From assembly GCA_977017645.1 (NCBI GenBank), contig OZ360241.1, forward strand, positions 59,024,001 to 59,088,000: a DNA stretch of 64,000 nucleotides. Reading direction: 5' to 3'. The notes below the pieces were generated by a model, which was not told the origin of the DNA, ran no database searches, and worked only from the letters and a program-made list of their open reading frames with translations. Position numbers and translations under genes: made by a program. Source of the DNA: Torpedo marmorata (taxonomy: Eukaryota). Positions 35,047 to 47,418 of the stretch are shown one piece after another; the stretch's first letter is position 1; each line of letters starts with the position of its first letter.

Positions 35047-36204
35047 GTAGAAGTATTGAAAACGGGCTTTTTACAAAAGGGCAACAGTTGGGTTGGGATA
35101 GATGCCAATCTTATTCCAAGTGAAATTACCGAAGGCGGAAATAAAATTTCTGGCTCATGATAAGCTAAAGGTAGTTATCCAGTTTTTCCATGGTATATTG
35201 GAGGTTATTGTCAAGTGTTAGATGAATGTCAAGCTTAAAGATCCCCTCTCCAATGTTCCTTATGTCTATTGACTGGACTGAGCCAAATATGGGTATTAGG
35301 GATAGGGGTGGAGGGGGTTAGAAATTCTGTGTCACTCAATATCACAGATCAATTTATTCCTTATATTAGAACAAGTAGATGAGCAGGCAATATCGAGAGC
35401 TGTTCAGAGTGCAGCTTAACAGTGCGGAGGATGTTCTCATTGTGGCTGACAGTGCATGCAGCAAAACAAGCTGAAAGATATGGTGGAGCTCGTCTTCCAA
35501 AAATGATATAAATTGCTTCAAAGCCCTTAACACGTTGTCAGAATATCTCCCAATGCTTTACCATTGCTGCATTCCTCGCCTAAGTGCTCCCATGTGAGAA
35601 TTTAAAACATTACCAGCTTTCGAGCCAAAGGATGAAAGGAATTTTGAGTTTATTTACTTCCAAAGCTCCCAAACAGCGCAGAGCACAGCTTGTATCAGAA
35701 TGGAATGACATTTCAGCAGTGATGAATGAGGGGAGGGGAGGGGAGGATTGAAGGCAGTGATCTCAATGAGGAGCCGTCTCACACCTGTGCACCTTGACAA
35801 TCAGCACAGCAAAGCTTTAGTTTGATGTTCTCCTGAGTTACAACCAGTGAAAATAGTTTACACCGTTCAATACACAGGTCTTCCTGTTTAACACTGTTAA
35901 ATGCACAATGGCCTGGATAATGCACTGTTGAATGGATTTTCAATAGACAATCGACATTCCCACACTGACATGTCTGTCCATGGCCGCGTACTGCCAGGTT
36001 GAGGCCACCCTCAAATTGGAGGAACAGCACCTTGTATTCCATCTCGGCAGTCTCCAACCTGAAGGCATCAATTTTGATTTCTCCAATTTTCATTAACTCC
36101 CTCCCCTGGTCTTTTTCTTTCCCTACCCCTCTGTCTCCTTTCCTCCAGTTCCCCACCCCCTTTGCCTATTACACGACCCCAGCATCTGCAGATTTTCTTG
36201 TTCA

Positions 36205-36920
36205 ATAGACACAGCTCTCTATGCGACACTGTCCAATACACAGTTCCATATTTAACCCAGCATACAATATACACAGCTCCTTGTATTGCACACAATACAA
36301 TACACACAACTCCTAGTGTAATGCACCATCCAATACACATATCGGTAGTTCCCTCTATAACATATTGCTCAATGTACAACTCTGTACCATAACTATCCAA
36401 TACAGCTCCCCATGTAACACACTCTCCAATACACACCATTGCCTGTGTAACACATTATCCAATGTGCAAAGTATCTTGTATAATATATACAAATCACGAT
36501 GTAACACACCATCAAATACACACATCAGTCTGTAACTCGCTGTCAAAAGCACACCAATTCGCCCAGCTCCCTGCAGCAGCATGCCCAGTACATACAGGAC
36601 CGTATATAATGCACCAGCCAATTCACCCAGCCCCCTGTATACGGGTATACCCCGCTTTACGAAACTAGAGCGTTCCTATGAAACCTTTCGTAAGCCTAAA
36701 TGGCGTAAAGCGAAGACCCATTCACTACTATTGGAGGCTATTGTCGTAAAAGCAAAAACCCATTCAAATCCTTTCGTAAAAGCGAACACGGCTTTCTTCG
36801 TAAAAGCGAATTTTCGTAATTCGAGTATTTGTAAAGGGGGTATACCTGTACACCATCCAATGCACACAACTGCCTTTGTAGCACGTTATTCAATACCCAC
36901 AGCTCCTGCAGCATTGCACT
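36205..36920. repeat. Degenerate ~33-bp minisatellite (ccaatacacacagctccc.gtgtaacacaccat), interrupted by a MITE
   Basis: Recurring ccaataca/cagctc units. Confidence 0.65.
36642..36848. mobile_element. Tigger-like MITE
   Basis: TA|cgggtataccccgctttac ... gtaaagggggtatacctg|TA. Confidence 0.82.
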
Positions 36921-37103
36921 ATTAAACCGGTAAATATGAATTCCTGTGACAATCCCATAACAATGATCTGTCATTCAGTAAGAATGTTTATTGGGAATTG
37001 TCTGTCAGTGCTCCGTGATGGGATTGAGAGAGGGTGTGTCGATTCTGTTAGAGAATTCCTATCCAACCTATTTGCCGTCTAACTGTATGTCTCTTGCCAA
37101 CAG

Positions 37104-37335
37104 TGATTCCACAGGCGAGGCTCGATTGCACGTGGAGATTCCAGATTCCATCACCACGTGGGTCACCGAGGCAGTTAGCCTATCCCAGGAGAGTGGCCTT
37201 GGACTGGCACAACCCACCGAGCTCCGGACATTCAAACCCTTCTTCGTGGATTTCACCCTGCCCAGCTTTGTGATCCGTGGGGAGCAAACCAAGATCCCTC
37301 TCATGGTCCACAACTACCTCCTGGCCTGTGCTGAG
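37104..37335 (+). CDS. CPAMD8: CPAMD8 exon A17: DSTGEARLHVEIPDSITTW...NYLLACAE
   Basis: aacag|T; GAG|gtacgc; 232 nt; PDSITTW and FKPFFVDF motifs. Confidence 0.95.
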
Positions 37336-37572
37336 GTACGCGAGGAACTGTCGTATCAGGAGGGAGTGAGTGGGGAAGGTGGATGGAGAAGATGGGGGCT
37401 GGGCAGCCCATGGGTTGGGGTAATGCTACTGCACCTGTATAGCTGCGACACTGCCACCTATGCAGCCAGGTGGAAAATTGCCCAGGTATGTCCAGCAGAA
37501 CAAATACAGCCTGCTAATTCCTGCCCAACCCGCCTACACTCATGGAAGGTGTCCTTGACAATGCTACCAAGG

Positions 37573-37936
37573 CAGGGTCGGCGCCAAGGGGGGGTGAGGC
37601 ATTTGCTTGCATTGCCCCCCCAAGCGAGGTGCTGTGCCCCCCACCCCATACGCTCGCGGCCATCGCTCGCCGTCAGACCCGCCCCCGCCCATGTCACTAG
37701 CGTGCGTCAAGCGTCACTAGCGTCTAACTTGACGCACGCTAGTGACTCTCCACGCAATAAAAGCAGCGCTTTGGTCTGCTACGTCGGAGGAACGGAGGAC
37801 GTTAACATTCGTTCGTCAGGTAGATACCAGCACCCCCCCCCCCCAGCTGAGCGAGTTTACGAGTGTTGTACTGTTCCCCCCCACCCCCCGATTACTCTAA
37901 TGCCCCCCTCTAACACTCGTTCTGGTGCTGACCCTG
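37573..37936. mobile_element. hAT-type MITE
   Basis: TIR cagggtcggcgcca / tggtgctgaccctg; 8-bp TSD taccaagg / tatcaagg. Confidence 0.82.
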
Positions 37937-37980
37937 TATCAAGGACAAGGCACTCACTGACCAATAACCTGTTCAAGGAT

Positions 37981-38134
37981 AAAAACACAGAAACGCTGGA
38001 GGAACTCAGCAGGTCTCACCGCGTCGTTGATGTGATTGACTGCTGAGTTGACACTGCGAGACCAGCTGAGTTCCTCCAGCATTTCTGTGTTTTTACTACA
38101 ATCAAAGCGTCTGCAGACTTTCATCTTTCACTCC
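37981..38134. mobile_element. Mini fold-back Penelope pLTR insertion
   Basis: 14-bp TSD acctgttcaaggat at 37967-37980 and 38135-38148; 45-bp inverted arms. Confidence 0.82.
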
Positions 38135-38156
38135 ACCTGTTCAAGGATGCCCAGAG

Positions 38157-38493
38157 CAATGTTCCCTCTCATTTTTAGTAGTCAGTATGTGCAAAAATCT
38201 TATGTTGTGCAAATTTCTTTCCTGTGACAAAAGTATGTGCGCACTGAATGCTTGTGCAAATGTAAACTTGAAATTGTTTCAAGATAACTTTGGCACAGCC
38301 TATCTCTCATGGCTAATAAAACTGTATTGGCATGTTTTAATATAATACAAGTATGATTGCATTCTACGAAGTAATGTATTTAGTTAAGATTTTATTAAGT
38401 AACTAACCTTTTGTGCACATATTAATTTCCTTTGTGCGCTGGTTGCAAAACGTGTGTGTGCGCGCACACGCACACAGCTTAGAGGGCACAGTG
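38157..38493. mobile_element. hAT-type MITE
   Basis: caatgttccctct / agagggcacagtg termini; 8-bp TSD gcccagag / gcccagat. Confidence 0.8.
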
Positions 38494-38929
38494 GCCCAGA
38501 TGGGGTTTTGCTTGTGCCCCTTAGCTCCAGACCTCATTGCAGACATAGTGGAAAGAGCTGAATTCCAAAGATAAGAGTGACTGTCCTTGATACCGAGGCA
38601 GGATTTGACCTGATTGTGGCATCCAGGAACCCTTGTGAAACTCAAGCCATAGGCATCAAAGGGAAAACACTCCAGTGACTGGGGTCTCAGCTTGCTCAAA
38701 AGAACATGGATGTGGCTGTTGGAGGTCAATCATTCTGCCCCAGGACATTACTGCAGGAGTTCCTTTGCTAGGCTTAACCAACATTAATGACCTTCCTTTC
38801 ATCTTAAGTTCAGAAATGTGCACTGATGATTATTTCCATTGCAGTAATTCAGAGAATGAAGCAGTCTGTGCCTCCATACGTTGAGACCTATAAATCATTC
38901 AACACAAACTGATATGTGGAAAATAACAT

Positions 38930-39422
38930 TCATTTCAATTCCCTGTCCCATTCCCTTGCTGACATGTCTGTCCATGATCTCATGCACTGCCAGACTAAGA
39001 CCACCATAAATTGGAGGAACAACATCTTCTGTCTGGGCACCTTCCAACTGGATGGCATTAACATCAACTCCAGTTTCTGTTAAATCACCACCACCCCCAC
39101 CCCTTCTTCTTCCCCCTGTCGCCTTTCCTCCAGCTCTGTCTCTCTCGCTCTCTCCTCCCTTTTCCCTTGTCTCCTTTTACGGAGCCAAAATCTCCTTATC
39201 ATATCCAATTAACACCTTTTGTTGGTCTGGACCGCTCCCCCTGCCAGTCTTTATTCTGACGCCTTCCTGTCCTTTGCTTATTCCTTGAAGAAGGGCTCAG
39301 GCCCGAAACATCGGTAATATATCTTTACCTCCTATGGAGGCTGTGAGACCGGCTGAGTTCCTCCAGCATTTCTGTGTGTTTTTACTACAATCACAGTATC
39401 TTCAGACTTTCGTGTTTCACTT
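38930..39422 (+). mobile_element. Penelope-like 3' end/pLTR within decayed CR1
   Basis: ttggaggaacaacatct, gatggcattaacatc; pLTR with hammerhead-like motif about 39279-39317. Confidence 0.82.
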
Positions 39423-40336
39423 CAACAAGAGAGAGGCCATCAACTTAGCCATGCCATTCAATGACAGATCCAACACCACATCCACTGTCCAGAAAGAGAG
39501 GAGAGCTGGACGAGCTACAAAAATATTGTGGCTACTGAAGCAGTGTATCCTGCAGAGAGTGACTCATCGTTTAACACCCAAAGCCTCTCTACAAAGCACA
39601 AGTCAGGAGCGTGATGGAATACTCTCCGCATGGTTTGATTAGTGCAGCTCCAACTATACATCGAGGGAAAACAGCCCAATTGATTTGAAGTTCACCTGCT
39701 TTTCTAAATATTCATTCCCTCCAACGCCAGCATACTGTAGCCGCCGGGAGTACCAGCTACATAATATATCACAATTACTCACCTAGGCTACTCTGTCAAC
39801 ACCTAAATCTGTAACCTCCACCACCAAAAGGATCGGGGCATTAGGTTCATGGAAAGGCTCCCCTAAAGCTTCCTCCAAAACTCACATTGTGCTGACTTAT
39901 AAATATATTCCTTCATCACTGGCTTAGATCCTACGTTCCTCCTAAAAGTACTGCAGGTATACTTTCACTGCACTGCCTTCAGCAGTTGAAGGAGGCAGCT
40001 CACCACCACAGCGTTTTCTTTGGCCAATTAAAATTGGAAAATAAATGCTGCTTTTGCCCATATCTCACGAAGGAACAATAGTAACAGCAGGAACCTAGAA
40101 TAGGTGCTGGAATGTACCCACTCAACCTGCAATACTCTAGATGCCAGGAGCCTGGAATGCAAATAAAGCCTTGCTTCAGTTTCATAGAGCTCTAGTCAGA
40201 CTTCACTTGCAGCACTTCAGTTGCCACTTCCTCAGAGGCAATGCAATGTAGATTCTCCAGACTAATGCCGGACTTGAAGGTTTAACTGACAAGGATGACT
40301 GCGTAGATTTGGTTTGCATACCATTATTTTAAAAGA

Positions 40337-41253
40337 GTGATCAACATAGGTGCACCTCAAGGATGCGTGCTTAGCCCACCGCTCTATTCAGTCTACACCC
40401 ATGACTGTGTGGCTCGGCACAATTCAAATGCTATCTACAAATTTGCCAATGACACCACGGTCGTCGGCAGAATCACAGACGGCAATGAGGAAGCGTACAG
40501 GAGGGAGATAGATTTCTAGTTGAGTGGTGTCACAACAACAACCTTGCACTCAACGTTAGCAAAACCAAGGAGTTGATTGTGGACTTCAGGACGAAATTAG
40601 GAGAACATGAACCAGTCCTCATCAAAGGGTCAGCAGTGGAGAGAGTCAAGAACTTCAAATTTCTGGGTGCCAACATCTCTGAGGATCTGTCCTGGAGCCT
40701 CCATGTCGATGCAATCACGAAGAAGGCTCGCCAGCGGCTATACTTCGTGAAGAGTTTGAGGAGATTTGGCATGTCACCGAAGACTCTTGCACATTTCTAA
40801 AGGTGTACCGTGGAGAGCATTCTGTCTGGTTGCATCACTGTCTGGTATGGAGGTGCCAATGAACAGGACAGGAAAAACTCCAGAGAGATGTTAACATGGC
40901 CAGAGACATCACGGGCACCAGTCTTCACTCCATCGAGGACATCTACAAGAGGCGGTGTCTTAAGAAAGCAACCTCTATCCTCAAGGACCCCTACCACCCA
41001 GGCCACACCCTCTTTGCATTGCTAAGGTACAGGAGCCTAAAGATGAACACCCAGCGGCACAAGGACAGCTTCTTCCCCTCCGCTATCAGATTTCTGAATG
41101 GACAATGAGCCACAGACACTTCCTCACTTTATCCTATTTTCTTGCAATATTTATTTATTTTCAAAATGTGATTTGTAGCAATATTTGCACCGTAATGCTG
41201 CCGCAAAACAATGAATTTCGTGACATGTTCATGACAAGACATTCTGATTCTGA
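40337..41253 (+). mobile_element. Rex1/Babar LINE RT and 3' end
   Basis: GAPQGCVLSP.LYS.YT.DC, KFANDT (FADD), FKFLG, KARQRLYF; tail (ttctga)n. Confidence 0.92.
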
Positions 41254-41978
41254 TGTGAGAGTGATTAAGAGTGTTGAAGTTTATGGGGTAGACAGAGAGA
41301 AACTCTTCCCTCTGCTGGTGGTGTACAAAACCAGGTGGCTGAGTCCTAAAATTGGAGCCATACTATTCACACAATGATACAGTACAGAGAAAGGCCCTTT
41401 GGCCCAACATGTATATGCCACCCCATCATTGCCCCATCTACACTATTCACATTTATCAGCACTATGTTTTGGCAATTCATCGAGTTACTCCTTATATGTT
41501 GTGAAAATACCTGAAGGACATCTCCTCACAATAAAGGCAAAGGAACTGTCAAAAGCTGCCGAAAAGCACGCACATTGGGAGTGAATTTGAGTTTTCAAGG
41601 CAGACTTTGATGGATTTTTGAAATGAAAATGGAAAATGATGCAAATATTCAGCAGGTTAGACAGCAGCTGTGGAAATAAGCACAGAGTCAACTTTTCAGT
41701 CAAAAACCCTTCACCCCATTGTTTTGATGGTGTATTTGATGTAAAATGCAAACAGCAACCACTTTACAGCACCTGCAGTGTTTTGATTTTTTATTGATGA
41801 ATATTTGTTAGTTCAGGGTTTTGAGGGTGTGGGTCAAATTTGGATAAACCAGAGTGTGAAATTAAGTTCAAGATCCCCTTCTGTTGTGAGTGGAGATGAT
41901 ATTGAATTGAATGTCCCATGGATATTCGTGACTGCAGTTTGTGCACTATGCTGAGATCAGTCTCCTCACCTGTTCCAG

Positions 41979-42132
41979 GTTCATGTCAAAATTACAGTCC
42001 CGAAAGGAATCAAATTTATTGGACACCCAGGGAAGAGACACCTGACTCGCAAGATGTGCATCAACTCAGACGAAGCCAAACCCACTTCCATCGTCCTCTT
42101 GTTCAGTGAACTGGGCCCAGCGAACATCACAG
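41979..42132 (+). CDS. CPAMD8: CPAMD8 exon A18: VHVKITVPKGIKFIGHPGKRH...GPANIT
   Basis: ttccag|GTT; ACAG|gtaagg; 154 nt. Confidence 0.94.
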
Positions 42133-42260
42133 GTAAGGATTAATTCCAAACTCTCAGGTTTCAGTGGCGTTTCTAGCAAGCAGTGCTGAGCGTCCTGTTC
42201 CCGTGCTGTGTCTGCTGAGTGTCAGAATACATGGACAGCCCTGTTGCTTTATTTTCACAG

Positions 42261-42403
42261 CCAAAGGGTTTGCTTACAGCGGGAGCAGCTGCTGCCAGGG
42301 TGGGCTCCAGGCACTGAAGAATGGCAGGTACCTGGACGAAAGCTACCTGGACAGGAAGAACCCAGCTGGCATAGACTATGTGAAGAGACGTGTCCTGGTG
42401 GAG
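42261..42403 (+). CDS. CPAMD8: CPAMD8 exon A19: (A)KGFAYSGSSCC...GIDYVKRRVLVE
   Basis: tcacag|CC; GAG|gtgagg; 143 nt; preceded by a 128-nt intron. Confidence 0.94.
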
Positions 42404-42507
42404 GTGAGGGACTCTCTACGATGTTCAGGGGACTTAAACCGCATAAAGAAGTACAGTAGAAAAGCAAAATGCTAGACGGATGAATTCTGAAATAGAATCA
42501 GCAAAAA

Positions 42508-42763
42508 GGGCGGCATGGTTAGCGTAGCGGTTAGTTCAACGCTGTTATAGCGCCAGCGACCTGGGTTCGAATCCAGCGCTGTCTGTAAGGAGTTTGTACG
42601 TTCTCCCCGTGTCTGTGTGGGTTTCCTCCCGGTGCTCCGGTGTCCTCCCACCGTTCAAAAACATACCAGGGGTTGTAGGTCAATTGGGTGTAATTGGGCG
42701 GCACGGGCTCGTGGGCCAAATGGGCCTGTTACCGTGCTGTGTGTCTAAATTAAAAATTTAAAA
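42508..42763 (+). mobile_element. V-SINE (HE1-like), full length
   Basis: gggcggcatggttagcgtagcgg head, gggttcgaatcc B box, V-domain, tail. Confidence 0.9.
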
Positions 42764-43025
42764 TGCTCCGCAGGTCAGGCAGCATCGATGGAGAGAGAAC
42801 TGCAGCTAATATCTCAGGTCAATGATGTTTCATTCGTTTAGCAGACAGTGTACAAGTTGGTTGGTCACTTTGCAGAAGTTGAAGTTGTAAATAGAAATCC
42901 TGAGGTATTTGCATATGATGGGAAAGTGTCTGTAAAGTCAGCAGTAATGTGGAGGGGTAATTGCTACAGTGGACCTGTGCACTCATCATTCTTTTATCCT
43001 CTCTTTCTCCCTTGGTGTTCCACAG

Positions 43026-43077
43026 CCTGAAGGATTGCCCAGGGACTACACCTACAGCATCTTTTTCTGCCCCAATG
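43026..43077 (+). CDS. CPAMD8: CPAMD8 exon A20: PEGLPRDYTYSIFFCPN
   Basis: cacag|CCT; AATG|gtatgt; 52 nt. Confidence 0.93.
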
Positions 43078-44195
43078 GTATGTGTCATCAGATTGGTTAA
43101 CGGTGCGTTCACGAAAGAACACTCAATGTTCTCTCCATATCTGTGGCCACGGATGGTGGAATGTACATTGTTTATAAATGGTTGCAATCACACCTCCAAA
43201 TCCAAGTCATACGTTGACGAAATTCTCTATTCATATTGCTACTTGCATTAATTTATTTCCCAAATCAGTTGAGTTGCTAAACAAGGAGTGACATTGAGCT
43301 CCAGAGATCAGGGTCATGTATACATGATACACGTATCAGGCCATTCCAAATTCATAGGTGTTGTGTAGCAGTTAATGGTGTCATGTTCTGGCCACTCCAT
43401 ATATGGTGTGACCCTAACTCTGGAGATAATGGCAAACGTTCTATCAGCATTGATTATTTCATAATATGTGAACGATCTCTTCCGGTCCCCACAGTTTCCA
43501 CTATTTGAAATGTAGTCTTCTGACATTTTCAGGTCCAAAGGGAATTATTTCTTATTTGTCCTCATGAAATTCATTTACAACAGTTTTGTCCTTGCTCAAT
43601 CTATTAATGTCCATTTATGTTTTTATATTGCTTGCAATCTGCCTTCCTTTGCATCATCGTTGGATATCTTGGATATGTGGATTTCTATTCCATTTACCAA
43701 AATCATTTAGAAATATGGTGAATATTTCAAGACCCAACAAAGATCTTTGTGGAACATTGCCATTTACATCCTCCTGCCAACTTGCAAATGTCCACATTAT
43801 CCCCAATTCCAGTTGTTCAACTAATTTTCTCTTCAGACAATTTACTGTTAATTCCAAGCGCTTCGGCATTAGTCACCAGTTTCCACTGAGGGTTTTTCTC
43901 TATTGCCTTTTGAAAATCTCCACAAATTCATTGATTTTATGGATGAATCATTGAGTTAATCGAAACTCCCATGTCATAGAACCATAGAACATTATAGTAC
44001 AGAAACAGGCCCCATCGCTCCTCTAAACTTCAATGTCAAGGTCATTCCAGTAGATCTCCAACCAAGAATGTCAGAGCACCTGTACCTTGTACTTGTGTAT
44101 ATGACAATAAACTCTCATTTCATCATCTCCTCTCCTCTCCAAAGCCTTGACATGCATCCTTTTCTGTGGCTAACTAATTCTCTTTGTCTTCTCAG

Positions 44196-44494
44196 AAAAG
44201 ATTCACATCTCCACCCCTAACAAATATGAGTACCAGTACATTCAGAAACCAGCCTGGATGATGCACTTTGACGTGGCTGTAAAAGCGCACAATGACGCTC
44301 ATTTCGCTTTATCAACGGGCCCTCACGACATGGCGGAAATGGTGGAGATTGTGATTGGAGGGCAACAGAACATGAGGACATGGATCACAGTGAGCAAGAT
44401 GGGAGAGCCAGTGGTCAGTGCCAGCACACCTCACATTCTGTCCTGGGATGAGTTCCGAAACTTCTGGATTCACTGGAAAGCTGGCATAGTCCAG
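44196..44494 (+). CDS. CPAMD8: CPAMD8 exon A21: FAMeT-like (Methyltransf_FA) domain, N-terminal part
   Basis: ctcag|AA; CAG|gtgagg; 299 nt; [28 protein letters not shown]. Confidence 0.94.
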
Positions 44495-44776
44495 GTGAGG
44501 TGCAGTTCCCATGGCATGCATGGAAAATGGGGCGCCTTTGGCTTTCTGACCTTGCATGTCCCTTCACCTGTCACCTGAGAGGGAGCTCCCTTGCGTCTGA
44601 AGTTCCTTCCATTTTTAATTCTGGAGTATTTTGTGCTTTGTATTCATATTGGAATTAGTCAGCAGCTGAAATTTAACCTGACTTACTGAGCCATCAGTCT
44701 CCATATTGTGTTAATAGCCAAGGTGCAGTCCGGTGCAGGTCTCGTGAATATTTTGTTGTTCTTGTGCTGTTCCTAG

Positions 44777-45002
44777 GTGGGACATGGTGCGGTGCCATCC
44801 AATGAGTCAATTATCGTGGAGTGGACAGTGGCTAAAGTTCCAAACGTCAAATATATCGGCTTCTCGACAGGCTGGGGCTCAGTGGGAGAATTCAAGATCT
44901 GGAGGAAGGAGGAATCAGAGGAGAACCACAACGAGGCCTTCACTCTTGGTGTGCCTCACAATGTGGTTCCTGGATCGGAGAGAGCCATGGCCTCCATGAT
45001 AG
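44777..45002 (+). CDS. CPAMD8: CPAMD8 exon A22: FAMeT-like C-terminal part plus VPGSERA segment
   Basis: cctag|GTG; ATAG|gtaaaa; 226 nt; YIGFSTGWG. Confidence 0.94.
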
Positions 45003-45039
45003 GTAAAAGCAGAGTTCAGTCCCATGCAAAGCACTTTAG

Positions 45040-46368
45040 TTCAAGTCAAGTTTATTGTCATCTGATTGTACAAGTACAATCCGATGAAACAGCGTTCTCC
45101 GGTCCTCGGTGCAAAATATGCAAACACAACCAGATATAACGCACATACAGACAAACAATACATATGCAGGACAAGTATTCATATATACAAATAAATAAAT
45201 TGTTACGTACCAGAGAGCAGCAATAGAAATGAGCCCAGACAGTGTAATATTTAAAATAATATTTTTAATTATTAATTAACAATAATATAACACCGTATCT
45301 AACTTATCTGAACTTATCTACTTAACCCCCAACTATGCACGAATATACTTGTGTGTTAAGCCACTACAGCTCAAGGCACAATTCTCGAAAGGCAGCTCAA
45401 AGTTCAGTTTCAGAAATTCAGTGTTGATACGTAGGCTTGAAATTGATGCAAAGAAGTTCACAAAGTAGGTGGGAGAGACCAGGCTTTAGACAGTCAGTTG
45501 TAAACTCACAAAATCCTTGTTGAGGCTTCCAGACCAATGTCCTTTTCAGACGGGTGGCAAACAAAACTCCCCTCTTCTTTGGCGTAGGGGACACGAAGCG
45601 AATGATGCTCATGAAGCTTCCAGAACCCATTCCGTGGGTCAGCTGATCAAAGTGACCTCCACTTTTTGGTCACAGAGTGGTATTCTCATTCCCCATAACA
45701 CGGAGAAATCAGACAAATTGTCTATAACCACATACGAGGCCACTTCAGTACTGTATTACTTCCAAGAGCTCTGTTCCACAGTACTGCTTCCTTAAAATGG
45801 CCCCTTCAGAAGTGACGTTTCCTTTGGCCATGATGGGATTCAATGAGTCCCCTTTGGCCACGATGGGATTTAACAAGTCCCCTTCAAAGTGAACTTTCCT
45901 TTAGCCACACGAAGCCACTTCAGCACAGTATAATTCAAAGAGCTGTTGCTCCTGTGCTGCTCCCTTATAATGGCCCCTGAGCAAACTGAGTACTGTGTCT
46001 TTAATCTGTTGGTCACATGGTCTCGGCACCTGCACTTCCTCTCTCTTCAGATGTATCCATTTTGGGAACACGGTGTCTTCAGCCTGCCAGCTCACAGTCA
46101 AACTCCCAAACTTGCAGCTTGATTTGTTCTCTTAAAGTGACAGTCCCAACTCAATTGAAAATGAACTGGGAGCACGTAATGTTTAGTGAATGTGAGAGTC
46201 TCAGATGGTTAGTGTGAGCAGTTCCTTTGGTCGTTCAGCATTCTCACTTCCCGTGGGAAGAAGCTGTTTCTCAGCCTGGTGATGCTGACTTTGATACTCC
46301 TGCATCTCTTTCTCGATGGGAGCAGCTGAAAGATGCTGTGTGCGGGGTGGAAGGGGTCCTCAATGATT
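45040..46368 (-). mobile_element. Rex1/Babar 3' end split by an LTR-like insert
   Basis: Tail tcaagtcaagtttattgtc at 45041; homology resumes near 46180. Confidence 0.75.
45201..46179. mobile_element. Probable solo LTR
   Basis: Starts TGTTACGT, ends ACGTAA; about 980 bp, no ORF, internal short duplications; TSD not resolved. Confidence 0.5.
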
Positions 46369-46859
46369 TACAATTCATCTGCTGAATGAAATGGAAGGGT
46401 TGGGCTGGGTAGGGTACATTGGTTGGTGTTTACTATGAGCAATCGCTGTGCTAGCAGGAACTGCTACATCTCATGGAACCAGATCCTATACATAGCAGAA
46501 CATCTAGGAGAATGGGTGAGTGCTAGGTAAACCAAGGGAGTGAATTTTGTCAGTGACTTTGGAAACCATCATCAAGATCGCTTCACTTTGTCCCATCAAG
46601 GTTTGGTCCACATCTGAGGTAGATCGAGTGTCCCGTGTGGCTTATTTGTCACTTAACTACACTAGCTAGCATCGTGGTACAAGTTTTCCCTCTCTCTAGG
46701 ATGTTGAAGCCCACTGCGGTCTGGATCCTCTGCTCTCCCCCTAGTGCATACACTCAGCGGGGTAAGGGGACCTTCCTCCCCCTGGGTACTGACACTTACT
46801 GGGGTAGAAGAACCTTCCTCTTCTTGGGGTGCAGCCACTCACTGGGCAGGTTGTGTATA

Positions 46860-47036
46860 TAGTTTACACAAAAATGCTGGAGAAACTCAGCAAGTCACGC
46901 AGCGTTCTTTATGTAGCAAAGATAAAGATATATAACCAACATTTTGTGCCTGAGCCTGACTTGTGATTTGCTGAGTTTCTCCAGCATTTTTGTGTAAACT
47001 ATCATCACAGCATCTGCAGATTTTCTTGTTTAACTC
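46860..47036. mobile_element. Mini fold-back Penelope pLTR insertion
   Basis: 40-bp inverted arms 46859-46898 / 46963-47002; TSD cagg(t/c)tgtgtata at 46847 and 47037. Confidence 0.8.
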
Positions 47037-47120
47037 CAGGCTGTGTATAGATCTGTGTGTATCTCCTTCTGGTAACCTTTTTGTATCTGCTATCCCTCTT
47101 TGTTACCTCTCTACTATCAG

Positions 47121-47297
47121 GGGATGTGATGGGCCCCACCCTCAACAATCTGGACAACCTTCTACGTCTCCCATTTGGCTGCGGAGAACAGAATATGATC
47201 CATTTTGCCCCGAATGTCTTCGTGCTGAGATACCTGCAGAAGACCAAGCAGCTGTTCACCGAGGTGGAGAGTGAGGCCACTGACTACCTGTTGCTAG
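47121..47297 (+). CDS. CPAMD8: CPAMD8 exon A23: thioester exon ([10 protein letters not shown])
   Basis: atcag|GG; CTAG|gtgagt; 177 nt; GCGEQ at 47177-47191. Confidence 0.97.
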
Positions 47298-47363
47298 GTG
47301 AGTCCCCACCTCTGTTTCGTCGGACGATCCATCCCATCAAAATGCAGCATAATTGGAATTCCA

Positions 47364-47416
<53 letters not shown>
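47364..47416. repeat. (CA)n microsatellite
   Basis: Visible. Confidence 0.97.

Positions 47417-47418
<2 letters not shown>

Noticed and set aside
36991-38046. 351-aa ORF
   Set aside because: Exon A17 read through into intron and a GC-rich MITE; only 37104-37335 is coding.
42508-42580. tRNA gene (also at 908, 14233, 52797, 56842)
   Set aside because: A/B boxes run directly into the V-SINE body; no convincing cloverleaf.
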